From Ginglymostoma cirratum (Eukaryota): DNA of 64,000 nt. A program made the translations under genes and the position numbers. Under the pieces are notes generated by a model, which searched no databases, was not told the DNA's origin, and saw only the letters and a list, made by a program, of their open reading frames with translations. The stretch covers positions 5,975,295-6,039,294 of the forward strand of contig JAHRHZ010000049.1 in the NCBI GenBank assembly GCA_024137785.1. The letters are read 5' to 3'. Each line of letters opens with the position of its first letter. Position 1 is the stretch's first letter. Below are positions 1 to 11,486 of this stretch, in pieces.

Positions 1-694
1 CTGTTACTGTAGCTTCTGTAACACAGTGAGCCATGTAAAAGAAAAACTGACATAACATCCTCCTCCTTCAAAACTAGACAAGACAAATGGTACTAACATG
101 GTTCAAAAAGACAAATTAGTCACTTTTGCTTCTGATCACATTGCCTTAGACTGGGGACCATATGATATAAAATGTTACATTAATAGAAACAGTAAGTTCA
201 AACTTTGGTACTGAATGGATCAGCTATAAATTCAATTAATGTACAGAAATATAGCTAACAAGGGTAAGATTTATTATTCGCTTTTTAAAGCCAAAAAAAA
301 ATAAAAATGAACGCTTTATGATGGACGGGGACGCAGAGGAACTAAACCGGGTTAAGTCAATAAAGAAGTGCACCTGAAATGAAATACCGATTTTTGAAAG
401 GAAGAAAGGCAAGACCATTTTGTGACGACAATATTTGCTGTTTGGATCTTGATTATTCCAGAAAGTAGATCAGGCTGTAGCTTATGCTGTTTATTGAATT
501 TTTAAATCTCTGTGTTAGGAGATGATGAAATGTTTAACCAGCAATTCAGCTGCTGATAATGAAAACAAAGCATCCTGCAAAATGTTGCTGCTTTTTTTAA
601 TTTGAGAAAAGCTGGAATATTGCCTTAAAAATCTAAAGAAAATAGTGGTTGTGTAGTTTTTAACTGCATACAGTATAAATCTTCACATTTTATT

Positions 695-750
695 GGGGAG
701 GTGGGGGTGGGGGTGGGAGTGGGATGGGGGTAGGGGTTAGGGGTGGGGTG
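695..750 (+). repeat. G-rich tract with about 9 G3-G5 runs (G-quadruplex-capable)
   Basis: ggggaggtgggggtgggggtgggagtgggatgggggtaggggttaggggtggggtg read directly. Confidence 0.7.
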
Positions 751-894
751 TCATGATTCTACCCAGTTATAGTTTGTGTTGGCCACCATGGGTTTGGAAG
801 ATCACTCAATCTTCGCTCTTCAGCCTCCAGCTTCTGGTGGTTCCACGCTCACTCTTCAAAGTAATAGATAGCATTGTCAGCTAAGTAGCATGAG

Positions 895-1350
895 CTCATA
901 AGAACATGTAGAGTAGGAGTAGATGGACGTCAACTGCCCCATGAGCCTGCTTCACTATTCCATAAGATTGTGGCTGAATTTATACATCAAGTCCATTTCT
1001 CTACCCTATTCCCAAAATAATTGATTCATTTGATGCCTCAATCTACTGATCTCAGTCTTAAATTTGCTCAATGGTGAGCCTGCAGACCCTTCTGGAGAAT
1101 GTCAATTGTCATAATCCTCTGAGTGATGCATTTTCTTCCATTTCAGTTCTAAATGGCCAACCACCCTTCTTTAATCTAAGGTCAATACTTTTAGATACTC
1201 CACGTAGGGGAAACCAACCCATTACATTCTGTCAAGTCTTCTCAGGATCATATATGTTTCAATGAGATTACTTTTCAATCTTTCTAAACAGTGGAGAATA
1301 TAAGCCCATGCTATTCATTGTTTCCTCAGGACAGACTTCATATCCCTGGA
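895..1350 (-). mobile_element. Decayed CR1 LINE 3' end
   Basis: cataagaac...taggagtag...gagcctgc...ttccataagattgtggctga matches the reverse-complement CR1 3' ends at 16345 and 58455. Confidence 0.6.
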
Positions 1351-1597
1351 ATCAAGGAAGAATGGCTAGTTATATGGTTGAATGGTTGCTATGGTTGTAA
1401 ATAGGTTGACTTGCTACTTTTACCTAGTCATTGTGAGTGAAGCACACAAGAGCCAGTGATTGCTCATTTGCTACGTAAATCAAAGTTAATGTTTTGAATG
1501 TTGTTTGAATAAAACAATTGAACTGAGTTCCAATTATAAGGGACAAATGCAAAATGATAAATTTAGTATGTACTTCACAATTTATGGTTGATAACAG

Positions 1598-1696
1598 TAC
1601 ATCGATCCTTTCAGTAATCTTCGTGAGAAGATTAAGAGTAAACGAAAGGCACTACAAGCATCTCTTGGTGGAAGCAGACAAGTTAATGATAATCGG
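1598..1696 (+). CDS. CC2D2A: Probable upstream CC2D2A coding exon (YIDPFSNLREKIKSKRKALQASLGGSRQVNDNR)
   Basis: acag| acceptor (alternative tcag| at 1614), 99-nt open frame, strong CGG|gtgagt donor, phase 0 compatible with exon 20123; weak homology to the human protein. Confidence 0.5.
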
Positions 1697-1959
1697 GTGA
1701 GTATGCAAACATTTGTCGGAATATTTTCTTGAACTTGTATGGTAAGTGTGGAACATTGAAATGCAAGAAATAGGTCAGAGTTAAACATAAAAGCTACTGA
1801 GAGAAGACAGCAGTTTATGGCTGGCTTTTGGTCTTTACTGAAAAGTGCTGCACACTATTTGTGAGATTTAGTTCACATCTTGCTTGACAGGCAGAAACCC
1901 TTATTTTTGCCTTATCTAATTTTCTTCCAACACAGAGAGGTTAAGAATCTTGAAGCATG

Positions 1960-2490
1960 TAACTCACCTTCTGAATCCCCAAAGCTTGTTCGCCATCGAC
2001 AAGGTACAAGCCAGAAGTGTGATGGAACACTCCCCACTTAATTGGATGGGTACAGCTTGACACCATCATTCAGGACAAAGCAACCCGCTTGATTGGCATC
2101 ACATACACAAATGTCCATTCCCTCCATGACCGTTGCACAGTAGCAGCAGTGTGTACAATTTACAAGATGCACTGCAGAAATTCAGCAGGATTCCTTAGAG
2201 ATTATTTTCCATATTCATGACCACTACCATCTAGAAGGACAAGGGCAGCAGATACATAGGAACACCACCACTTGCAAGTTCCCATATAGGCTATTTATGA
2301 TCAGACCAGAAAATACGTCTGCGTTCCTTCAGTGTGCTGGATCAAATTCCTGAAGCACTTTCTGTAACGGCATTGAAGGTCTACTTGCACCAAATTGATA
2401 AGAAGGCAGTTTACAAGCATCTTGTCAAGGGCAGTTAGGTATGTGCAGTGAATACTGGCCCAGCCAGTTCTATCCACATTCCATGAAGGA
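1960..2490 (+). mobile_element. CR1/L2-group LINE 3' fragment (second LINE family)
   Basis: Aligns by eye to 15343-16025 (gtgatggaacactccccactt, tctagaaggacaagggcagcagatacat, ctggcccagccag tail). Confidence 0.75.
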
Positions 2491-4899
2491 AGAAACAAAA
2501 AGTAATGTTGATTGCTAAGAGACATAGACTGGTGAGTTGGGTGAAAATTGTAATTGACTTTTTATTCCCCTTGCACCCAAACCTAGCCAAGTAGCTTGTT
2601 ATAGTAACCCTATCTCCACTGCAGTACTGAATGTGCGATCTAAATTGAAAGTTTCCTGTTACAGCTTTATACTGGCCAGTGTATTTACGGCTGAACCATT
2701 TGAATGTTCTTACTTTCCATCCCCTGATTTTTGATTTTAATTTCATATTTTTAAAAATAGTCACATTTCTGAAAAGTAAAGTGAACAAGCAGGTTGTTAT
2801 TCTACAAGATGGAAAGTATATCGCTTATTAGAGATTAACAATAGATCCACCCATGATAGACACTTCATGCAAATTTCAGCATTTCAGTTGTATGGTAAAA
2901 AGATTATCTGTTGCTTAACCCAGACAAATCACTTGCAAATAATCAGGTCTTCACCAGAGAATGACCAGGCTTTAGATCTGGTGGTGTATTGCAGGAAGCT
3001 TGTGATCATTTTGGGGACAGTGTGTATCCACACCTAGCAAACCTTCAGGTAAAGGATTGTATTTACCATAAAGCCATACAATGTCTAGGATTTATTGTAC
3101 TTAGTTATGGATTATGATCCTCTGATGTGGTCTTAGGTCCATCTTGAATTAATTCATTGAGTGTGAAATGTTTTGAAATGTTTAGCAGAGAGAACACAAT
3201 AGAATCATAAGTTTTTTTTTTAACTTAGAAGATTATTGCCTTTTTATCTTGAGAGGAGTTCATATCATTGTCATCCCATTTCTTGTTGCACCAGTCATTT
3301 TCTTTAGAAATGTGGTTCCAATCCATCAGGAATATCCAGAAAGCTTGTTTCATTACAAGAGTGTTCAAAACCTTTCAGGATACAAATCTCTGCAATCCAG
3401 CTGACTCAGTCTAGAAAATTCAGCACGTGGCCAGTTTATAAAAAGGTGTCAGGTAAGAATTAACTGAGGAAAACCTGAAGCTAGTTAGGAGGAAAAGCCT
3501 GTGATTCTTGCCTATTGAAATGGAGTGATGGACATTTTTTTTCCAGCAACAAGTTTGTGTAATTAGGAATGTATTGCCTAAAAAACAAATTCAATAATAC
3601 TTTCAGATTGGAATTAGATGTAAATTTATTGGAAAGTTTTACAGGGCTATGGGGAAAGAGCAGTAGAATGTTACTAATAGGAGGATTGTTTTGAAGGATT
3701 AACATGAACATGATGGGCAGAATGATGCCCTCCCACCCACCCTGCTGCAAAAACCTATGGTTCTTGTCTTGTTCAAGCTTTTTTATGGTGGGAGGTAGCA
3801 ATTTTTTTTGTTCAGAATTGAATAGGAGCCCTCGATTAATATTTATAATCACAGTTTGGCAAATACTTCCCCACTTAGACCACTACTGCACTTCTACACT
3901 CAGCAGCTTTTATAATTCCTTAAGGTTGCAACACTCCTATAAAAAGGCAGAAACATGGTTGGCCAACTGATGGTTCAAAAATTCGTTTGTTTTTGCATTC
4001 TAAGTATTATGATCACAGCCGTTGGTACTATTGGACAAGCCAGATCTCAGAATGAAATCTGGCTCGATCAATCATTTTTTAAAAAATGTCAATTTCTGTG
4101 AAATAATTCACTGACGTGTAGACCCAAGAGATTGTATGGTTTCTTTAAAAACAGAACAGAAATTTGTTATATCAAAGACGAAAATAAGAAGCAGACAAAA
4201 CGATCTCTGGATAGAACACAATTTAGAAACATCTTAAAACACACACTGAACAAAGTTTTGAATCTATTTCCCAATTACATCAATTTACAGAGATCAAGTG
4301 AAGAAGATAAACACCCTCTACTTCAGCATTATCTAATTGATTCTCACAAGGTTCTCTCCTGAATGGTGGAGTCGTCTTATATGAATACTTACAAAACTGA
4401 GAACTTAAAATTTCTCAGCTTTTATTAAGTTGCAAATTTCTAATCAAACTCTCTTGGTTTGGAAACTGCATAACCAAAACTTTTTTTCTAAGGTGACTGT
4501 TTCTCCTGAACTGTTATGAATTCCTATCAGGAATAAAATAAATTTGCTTCTGATCCTCGTCAGGTCTCCTCCAAACTGCCTTAAAAAGTGTTTATAAACT
4601 GAAGTCAGTCCTTCATTATCCTGACCTGAAAACAAGTGACTAACCCAGCTGTCATTAGCCGCTGCAGTGCAAACAATTTTGTGTTAATGCACCATAGGGT
4701 TTACAGACACTTGCTTTCTGAGCAGTATGGAATAAGTTCGATGTTTCAGATGGACTCTGATTGTGATTTTATTTTAAAGAAACCTCAGTAAAAATGTGCC
4801 AAATTTATCTGGCTCTATGGAAAACTTCATGTTCCAAAAATGTTGTTGACAGCTATAAATTGTATATTTTTCATCATATTATTATTAAATTTTCTTCAG

Positions 4900-5695
4900 A
4901 CAGTGAGAGCGATACCAATCGACTGCAACAGGACACATGCTTGCAAAATGATTAGCTAAGTGGCTCATAGAACGTAATACAGAGACGTTTGAAGTGTTGC
5001 ATTTTGGCAGAAAGGATAGGCAGAAGCATTAGAGACTAAACATCAGTGTTCTAAGAAGTGTACAGGGCAGAATGATCTGGTGACTTATGCAAATAGATTT
5101 TTGAAGATGGCAGGATACATTGAGAGAGTGGTTAATAAAACAGATGGGATTTTCATAAATAGAGATATTGAGTACAGAAACAAGAAAATATTTCTGAACT
5201 TTTATAAATGTCAGGATAGGTCACAACTAGAGTATAATATTCAGTTTATTGCACTTTAGGATGAATGTAATGGACTGAGAGGATGCAGAGAAGATTTACC
5301 AGAATAGGGATTTTAGCTGTATGGCTAGATTGGGAGGCTGGGGTTATTCTCTGTAGAGCAAAGAAAATTGAATGGAGATTTGATAGAACTGCACAAGATT
5401 ATGTTAGGTTTAGATAAGGTATAAAATTAAACTTATGGACAAATGATTGAAGGATAGAGTGAAGAACTTTTTTTTTAATACACTGATTGGTAATGACCTG
5501 GAACTCAACCAGTCAAAAAGCTAGGAGCAGAGATGACAAATTATTTCAAGAGGAAACTACATTGAAAACTTGAACAAAATAAACAGTAGAGCTTTGGGAA
5601 TGGAGTATGGTAATGAGACTGATTGATTGCTCTGCAGAGAGCTGGCATGGATTTGACTGGCTGAATTGTCTCCTTCTCAGCTGTATTAACTGACT
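4900..5695 (+). mobile_element. Decayed CR1 LINE 3' region
   Basis: tgcattttggcagaaag, gtacagaaacaagaaa, cagagaagatttaccagaat: degenerate versions of the CR1 ORF2 C-terminus seen at 7020-8228. Confidence 0.65.
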
Positions 5696-5994
5696 CTAAT
5701 ATGGAGCACATAGTCAAAGGAAACTTATGGCTTGGTAATTCTAGCAATTCTTATGAGAAGTCTTGCGTTTGAATATCTACATTCAATATCTTTTACAAGT
5801 AGATTTTAGCCATTGCTATCTGGAATGTCTCATGATGACAAAAGCTCTTAAGCTGGAAGAAAAACTGAAGTAATTCTCTTCATCTAAATGCTTCTAACGT
5901 TGGCTGCTTATAGAATGATTTAGTAGAATAGAGTTTGGACTCTCTGCTTGTGCAGAAATATCCAAAAGTAGCAAAGCTATAAATTTTTGAATAA

Positions 5995-6116
5995 GAGTCA
6001 TACAGCATGGAAACAGACCCTTTGGTCCAACTCATCCGCCCCAACCAAGTTTCTCAAACCAAATTAGTCCCATTTGCCTGAACTTCGCCCATATCCTTCT
6101 AAACATTTCTCATTCA
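5995..6116 (-). mobile_element. CR1 3' tail fragment
   Basis: agtcatacagcatggaaacagaccc...tagtcccatttgcc, nearly the same as 56126-56250. Confidence 0.7.
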
Positions 6117-6619
6117 TAGATGCAGAGATGATAAATAACGGGGCATTGAATTGTTAACAAATTCAATCAGCTTATTGAACTACAATACAAATGGCTGAAA
6201 AATGAACCTTTATCAGCAAGAAAGAATTGGGAGTAATTAAAGAAAGGTAATTAAGTTTGCAAGGAAGAGAAAACTTAACCTTTTTTTTAATAAACTTATT
6301 AGGCATTGGTTGCTGCAGAAATTGAAAATGACGCAAGAAACAAAAATGCCAGGATAGTGCAGGTTTGTTGCTCAACAATTCTTTGATATTTCCTAAAGCC
6401 AATAATAATAACTAAACTATATTGCTTTATTTTCTTCCCCCACAGTTCATTATGTTTAACTGTTTCTGCTATGTCAAAATGCATGCCATATAATTACTTT
6501 GCAATTGGCATTTGTGATAGACTTGGATCCATCATAATCCCTACATTTTGTATTTCATCTGAATGCACCCTTTCTAAAGATTTTAAGATGATAGTTGATA
6601 ATGCAGAATTTGAGTATTG

Positions 6620-6830
6620 TTGCAAAAAAGAGATGTGCTGTCGAAGATTTTTATCTTGCGCTCATCAGGACAGAATTGCAAGAGCACCAACTTTCAAAAG
6701 GAGCAGCAATTTGTATGAGAAAAGTTGCTTATTGGTTTGCAAGTTGATTCTGATTGATAGAGGCAATGCCATAGAGAATGTACTGGGAGGTGTTACCCTT
6801 CTATGGGTTTTGCTTAATTAAAACAAAAGG
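6620..6830 (-). mobile_element. Hammerhead-bearing repeat, family D (PLE-like)
   Basis: Minus strand 6673-6638 reads CTGTC-CTGATGA-GCGCAAGAT-AAAAATCTTC-GACAG; related copies at 35160-35340 and 37100-37435. Confidence 0.55.
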
Positions 6831-7019
6831 TGCAATGTCTGACTATTTTCCTTTTTTAGATTTAAATTATTAGTTGAACTTCTAATGTACCATGTCTCTA
6901 TTTTAAGCAACTCTGAAATTTTAAGATGTTTTCTGATTTCTTGGAATAGCTGACTGTCCCATTTATTTGTAACATTATGATATATACATAACTAATCATA
7001 AGAACTCACTTCAGTAGAG

Positions 7020-8228
7020 TTGTTTGCTCTGTTCAAGAGGATTGATGAAGGCAGAGTGGTGGACGTGATCTACATGGACTTCAGTAAAGCATTCGACGAA
7101 GTTCCGCATGGTAGACTAGTCAACAAGGTCAGATCACATGGAATACAGGGAGAACTAGCCATTAGGATACGGAACTGGCTCAAAGCTAGGAGACGAAGGG
7201 TTGCTTTTCAGACTGGAGGCCTGTGACCAGTGGTGTACCACAAGGATTGGTGCTGGGTCCACTGCCTTTTGTCATTTATATAAATGATTTGGATGTGAAC
7301 ATAGGGGATACGGTTCATAAATTTGCAGATGACACCAAAATTGGTGGTGTAGTGGATAGTGAAGAAGGTTACTTCCGAGTACAAAGGGACCTTGATCAGA
7401 TGAGCCATTGGGCCGAGGATCGGCAGATGTCGTTTAATTTAGATAAATGTGAGATGCTGCATTTTGGAAAGGCAAATCAGGGCAGGACTTATACATTTAA
7501 TGGTAAGGTCCTTTGGAGTGTTGCTCTACAAAGAGACCTTGCAGTGGAGGTTCATAGTTCCTTGAAAGTGGAGTTGCAGGTAGGTAGGATAGTGAGGAAG
7601 GTGTTTGGTATGCTTGTCTTTATTAGTCAGTGCATTGAATATAGGGGTTGGGATGTCACAGGACATTGGTTAGGCTACTTTTGGAATACTGTGTGCAATT
7701 CTATCCTCCCTGCTATAGAAAGGATGTTGTGAAACTTGAAAGGATTCAGAAAAGATTTACAAAGATGTTGCCAGGGTTGGAGGGTTTGAGCTACAGGGAG
7801 AGACTGAATAGGCTGGGGCTATTTTTCCTGGAGCATCAGAGGCTGAAGGGTGCCCTGATGGAAGTTTATAAAATCATGAGGGGCATGGATAGGATGAATT
7901 GTCAAGGTCTTTTCCTCAGGGTAGAGGGTACAAAACTAGAGGGCACAGGTTTAAGGTGAGAGGGGAAAGATTTAAAGGGTCCTAAGGGGCAATTTTTTTC
8001 ATGCAGAGCATAGTGCATGTCTGGAATGAGCTGCCAGAGAAAGTGGAGGAATCTGGTACAATTACAACATTTTAAAAGGCATCTGGATGGGTACATGAAT
8101 AGGAAGGGTTTAAGAGGGATATCGGCCAAATGCTGGCAAAGGGGACTAGATTAATTTCGGCTGTCTGGTTGGCAAGGATGAGTTGGACCGACGGGTCAGT
8201 TTCCATGCTGTACAGCTGTATGACTCTA
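7020..8228 (+). mobile_element. CR1 LINE, 5'-truncated, frameshifted RT
   Basis: VDVIYMDFSKAFDEVPHGRL, GVPQGLVLGP, KFADDTKIGG, LVRLLLEYCVQF, followed by a 3' UTR ending gactctat. Confidence 0.95.
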
Positions 8229-11200
8229 TCAGATTATAGAAGTACAAAGTTCATTCCCTGTGATCAATATTGTTTAGGTTTTCATCTGTTATTCCACCAG
8301 GGATCCTGTGAGCAATACCTTAGCTATTTCTTGCAGAGGTACAGGTTGCTTCCTTATGTGCCACACTGTTGTCTTGTAACTATCTCACTGGATTGATGTA
8401 TTTTTCAAAATTTCAGAAGTTGCTTACAGTAGCAGAAAGAACAAATTGGAAATGAGGTGCTGGCATGAATGTTTTTATTTCATTCAGTGGTACAGAACCA
8501 CCTGTAAAGGATAGGAATTACGGTAAATGAAATGACTGAAAAATAACAAGATCTTGTACTGTAAAGACCGTGTCATTTTTTTTTTCTGTATTTTTGATTG
8601 TGGACCAAAATAGAAAAAAAAACTGTTTTAAAAACAAGGATTGTGGAAGGAGTGCTGCATTTTTTTAAAGCAAGTTACAACACTCACTGTAAGTGTTATT
8701 TAAACTGATGTTTGTTTAAGCACTGGGTTAAGTTAGTTGCAGATGGGCTAGCACCATGGTGTGTGTACAAAGTGAAATTTGGCTGGCAACAAGTAGTTGA
8801 TTGGTCGGTGGAGTTGTGGATGACAAAAGCCATCTGCCTGCCAACTGTGTGGTTGGTTCTTGGGTACCTTAACAGCTTGTGGGCATGAATGATACCACCA
8901 GAAGCCTTCGGACCTCTAAAAGGGAAGGGAGTGGCAAGGACTTTGTGTTTCCTAACGTGAGCAATCAACAGGTGGCACAAATTACAGAGAGTTTAGAGTT
9001 TGTTTATTCTCTTTTATTGCACTGGAAGATAGAGAATTCTTTTGAAAAATTATCTGCTGAAATTTTCTGCTTGTATTTAGTTGTATTCTTATTACTAGGG
9101 TAAAGCTGATTTAGTTTTTCAACCTTTATCACCTTGTATGTCAGTGTGATGTTTTCCTTTGGAGAAATGTGGTGAATTCTGGTACTAGTTTTTACATTGG
9201 TAGGAAAGCTATCCTAGATTAAACAAAACTTCGATGTATTGGGACTGATTATTTCTTTTCTCTGATTTTTATTAAGATTCTAGAAATAAATTGTAATCTT
9301 GCTTTGCAAAATACTTTCGTTCTCAGGCATCCTCAATACGCTTACTTTACAACAAACATCCAATACTTTGATTCAAACAGTCTTTCATAGTTTCTATATT
9401 TGTGTTTTTTTTCTGTTTATCTCCTCCCACATTTCATCCGTTTAATATCACCTCCATTGTGGACAGGATATTTTGCTCCTGACAGATGCAGAAATTTTTT
9501 TTTTCAGATTTAAATAAAAATCATTTTGTATGAGAGAGTCAATAAACAAAACTTATTAGAAATAGAAGAGTACTAAGATGTTAAAACTTATGTGGAAAGA
9601 CACACCTGATTGAGCAAGGTGGTACAGGAAAGAGAGAGGCAACAGAACACACAGAACCCACCACCTGGGTTATTTCCACTGCATTAATCAAAATGATCCC
9701 CAAACTCTTATTTCTACACACACTTAGCACCTGGACTGAAACAAACATTATGTGCTTTGTGTGCCAAACCACAAAAATACACCAGGAACGGAACAAAACA
9801 TTTATTGTTCAAGTTGTGTATTTTTACAGGAAAACTAAGGTTTATTTGTTTTTCCTATTTCTTTAAATACACCAGCTTGAAATTTACTAATTTATGACTT
9901 AGTAAATTTTGATCTGTTGGATCAGTGTACTAAAGATTTTTACTTTGAGGCTGCTATTTATTGATAAATAATTACTAGTTATGTGGGCCATTCCTAAAAC
10001 TGTTGAATGTTTCACATCATTAAAAATAGCCCTACTTTTCTTTAACGGTAAGTTATTAAAGGTGTCCTCAATCCACTGTAGGTCAGCGTGCAGCATAGGG
10101 GAAATATTGCCAGAATGAATGTCTTGAAGCTCTTTGGTTTGGCAGTACTAAGTAAAACTGTTACACACAGTCAGTTCTGTTTTAGTAACTTCTGTCTCCT
10201 GGGAATGGCTGCTGGATAAACCAAGCACTATCTTTTTTTTGGAAGTTTCATTGAAGCTCTTAACTCTATTTTAAAACTGTGGTCTTATATGTACTGTTCA
10301 TGAACTGAACTGGTTTATAGCATGACCTGCTTTCAGTTTTCCAAGTTTAAAAACCTTAACAATGAACAACAAATATTTAAATGTTATTGTATGCTACACA
10401 TTATTATTGCTGTCATATTTTAATTTAGATTTTTTGAAGATTTTCTTAAGATTTGTAAATAATGCAACAGGGGTAGGCCATTCAGCCTGCACCAATTCAT
10501 GCTATCCTGGCTGATCAAACACTTTCATGTCTTTTACCCATCCTAACCCTGACTGTATTTATGCCTTTTTAATCAAAAATCTATTGATTTCTAAACATTC
10601 TCAAAGGCTGAGATTCCAAAGCCCTCTGAGGCAGAAAATTCCAAAGATTCACAACCCGTTGAACAAAAAAAATCCTCCTTTTCTCTGTCCTAAATGGTTT
10701 CCCTTCTACTTTTAAATTTGCCCCCTTCTTCTGGATGCACCAACCAGGAGAAACATCTTACCTGCATCTACCTTGTCTGTCCTTTTAAGTACTTGGTAGG
10801 TTTCAATGAAATTAACATCATTTTTCGAAACTCTAGGCAATGCAGCCCCTGTTTTGCCGCCTTCTGTTTTTCTTCATAGGACAGTCCTGTCATCCCGACA
10901 ACAAGTCTGGTGAACCTTTGTTGCACTCTCTCTATGGAATAATATTCTTTGTCAGAGAAGAAGACCAAAACACTGCAAACAGTATGCCATGTGTAGGCTA
11001 ACCAAGCTCCTACACGATTAAAACATGACTTCACTGCACTCAAATTCTCTTACTATAAACGGCTAACATACTAAATAGCTTGCTGAACCTGCATGTTTGT
11101 CTTCAGTGATTTATTGACAAGGACGCCTAAGTTCCTTTGTGCAGCTAGACTTTCCAACTTCTTATCATTAAAGAAGTACCTTGCACATCCATTCTTCCCA

Positions 11201-11280
11201 CAGTGTGGTAACCTTACATTTTTCCCATATATTCTATCTAGCATATTCCCACCCACCAAACCTGTTTAAAACTTCCTGAA

Positions 11281-11486
11281 ATAACAAGGTGTAGAGCAGA
11301 TGAACACAGCAGGCCAAGCAGCATCAGAGGAGCAGGAATGCTGCCGTTTTGGGCCTAGACCCTATTTCTGAAGAAGTGTCCAGGCCCGAAACGTCAGCCT
11401 TCCTGCTCCTCTGATGCTGCTTGGCCTGCTGTGTTCTTCCAGTTCTACACCTCAGATTCTCCAGCATCTGCAGTTCCTACTATCTC
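11281..11486 (+). mobile_element. Penelope-like fold-back element, family B, with minimal hammerhead
   Basis: Inverted arms (acacagcaggccaagcagcatcagaggagcagga / tcctgctcctctgatgctgcttggcctgctgtgt); 14-bp TSD taaaacttcctgaa at 11267-11280 and 11487-11500. Confidence 0.85.
11368..11395 (+). ncRNA. Minimal hammerhead ribozyme motif (CUGAAGA...GAAACGUC)
   Basis: CTGAAGA-A-GTGTCCAGGCCC-GAAAC-GTC; core intact, one mismatch in stem II. Confidence 0.65.

Noticed and set aside
11281-11486. MITE or pre-miRNA interpretation of the hairpins
   Set aside because: Variable 11-17 bp TSDs, asymmetric arms, hammerhead cores and a linked PLE ORF fit a retroelement; small-RNA production cannot be judged from sequence alone.
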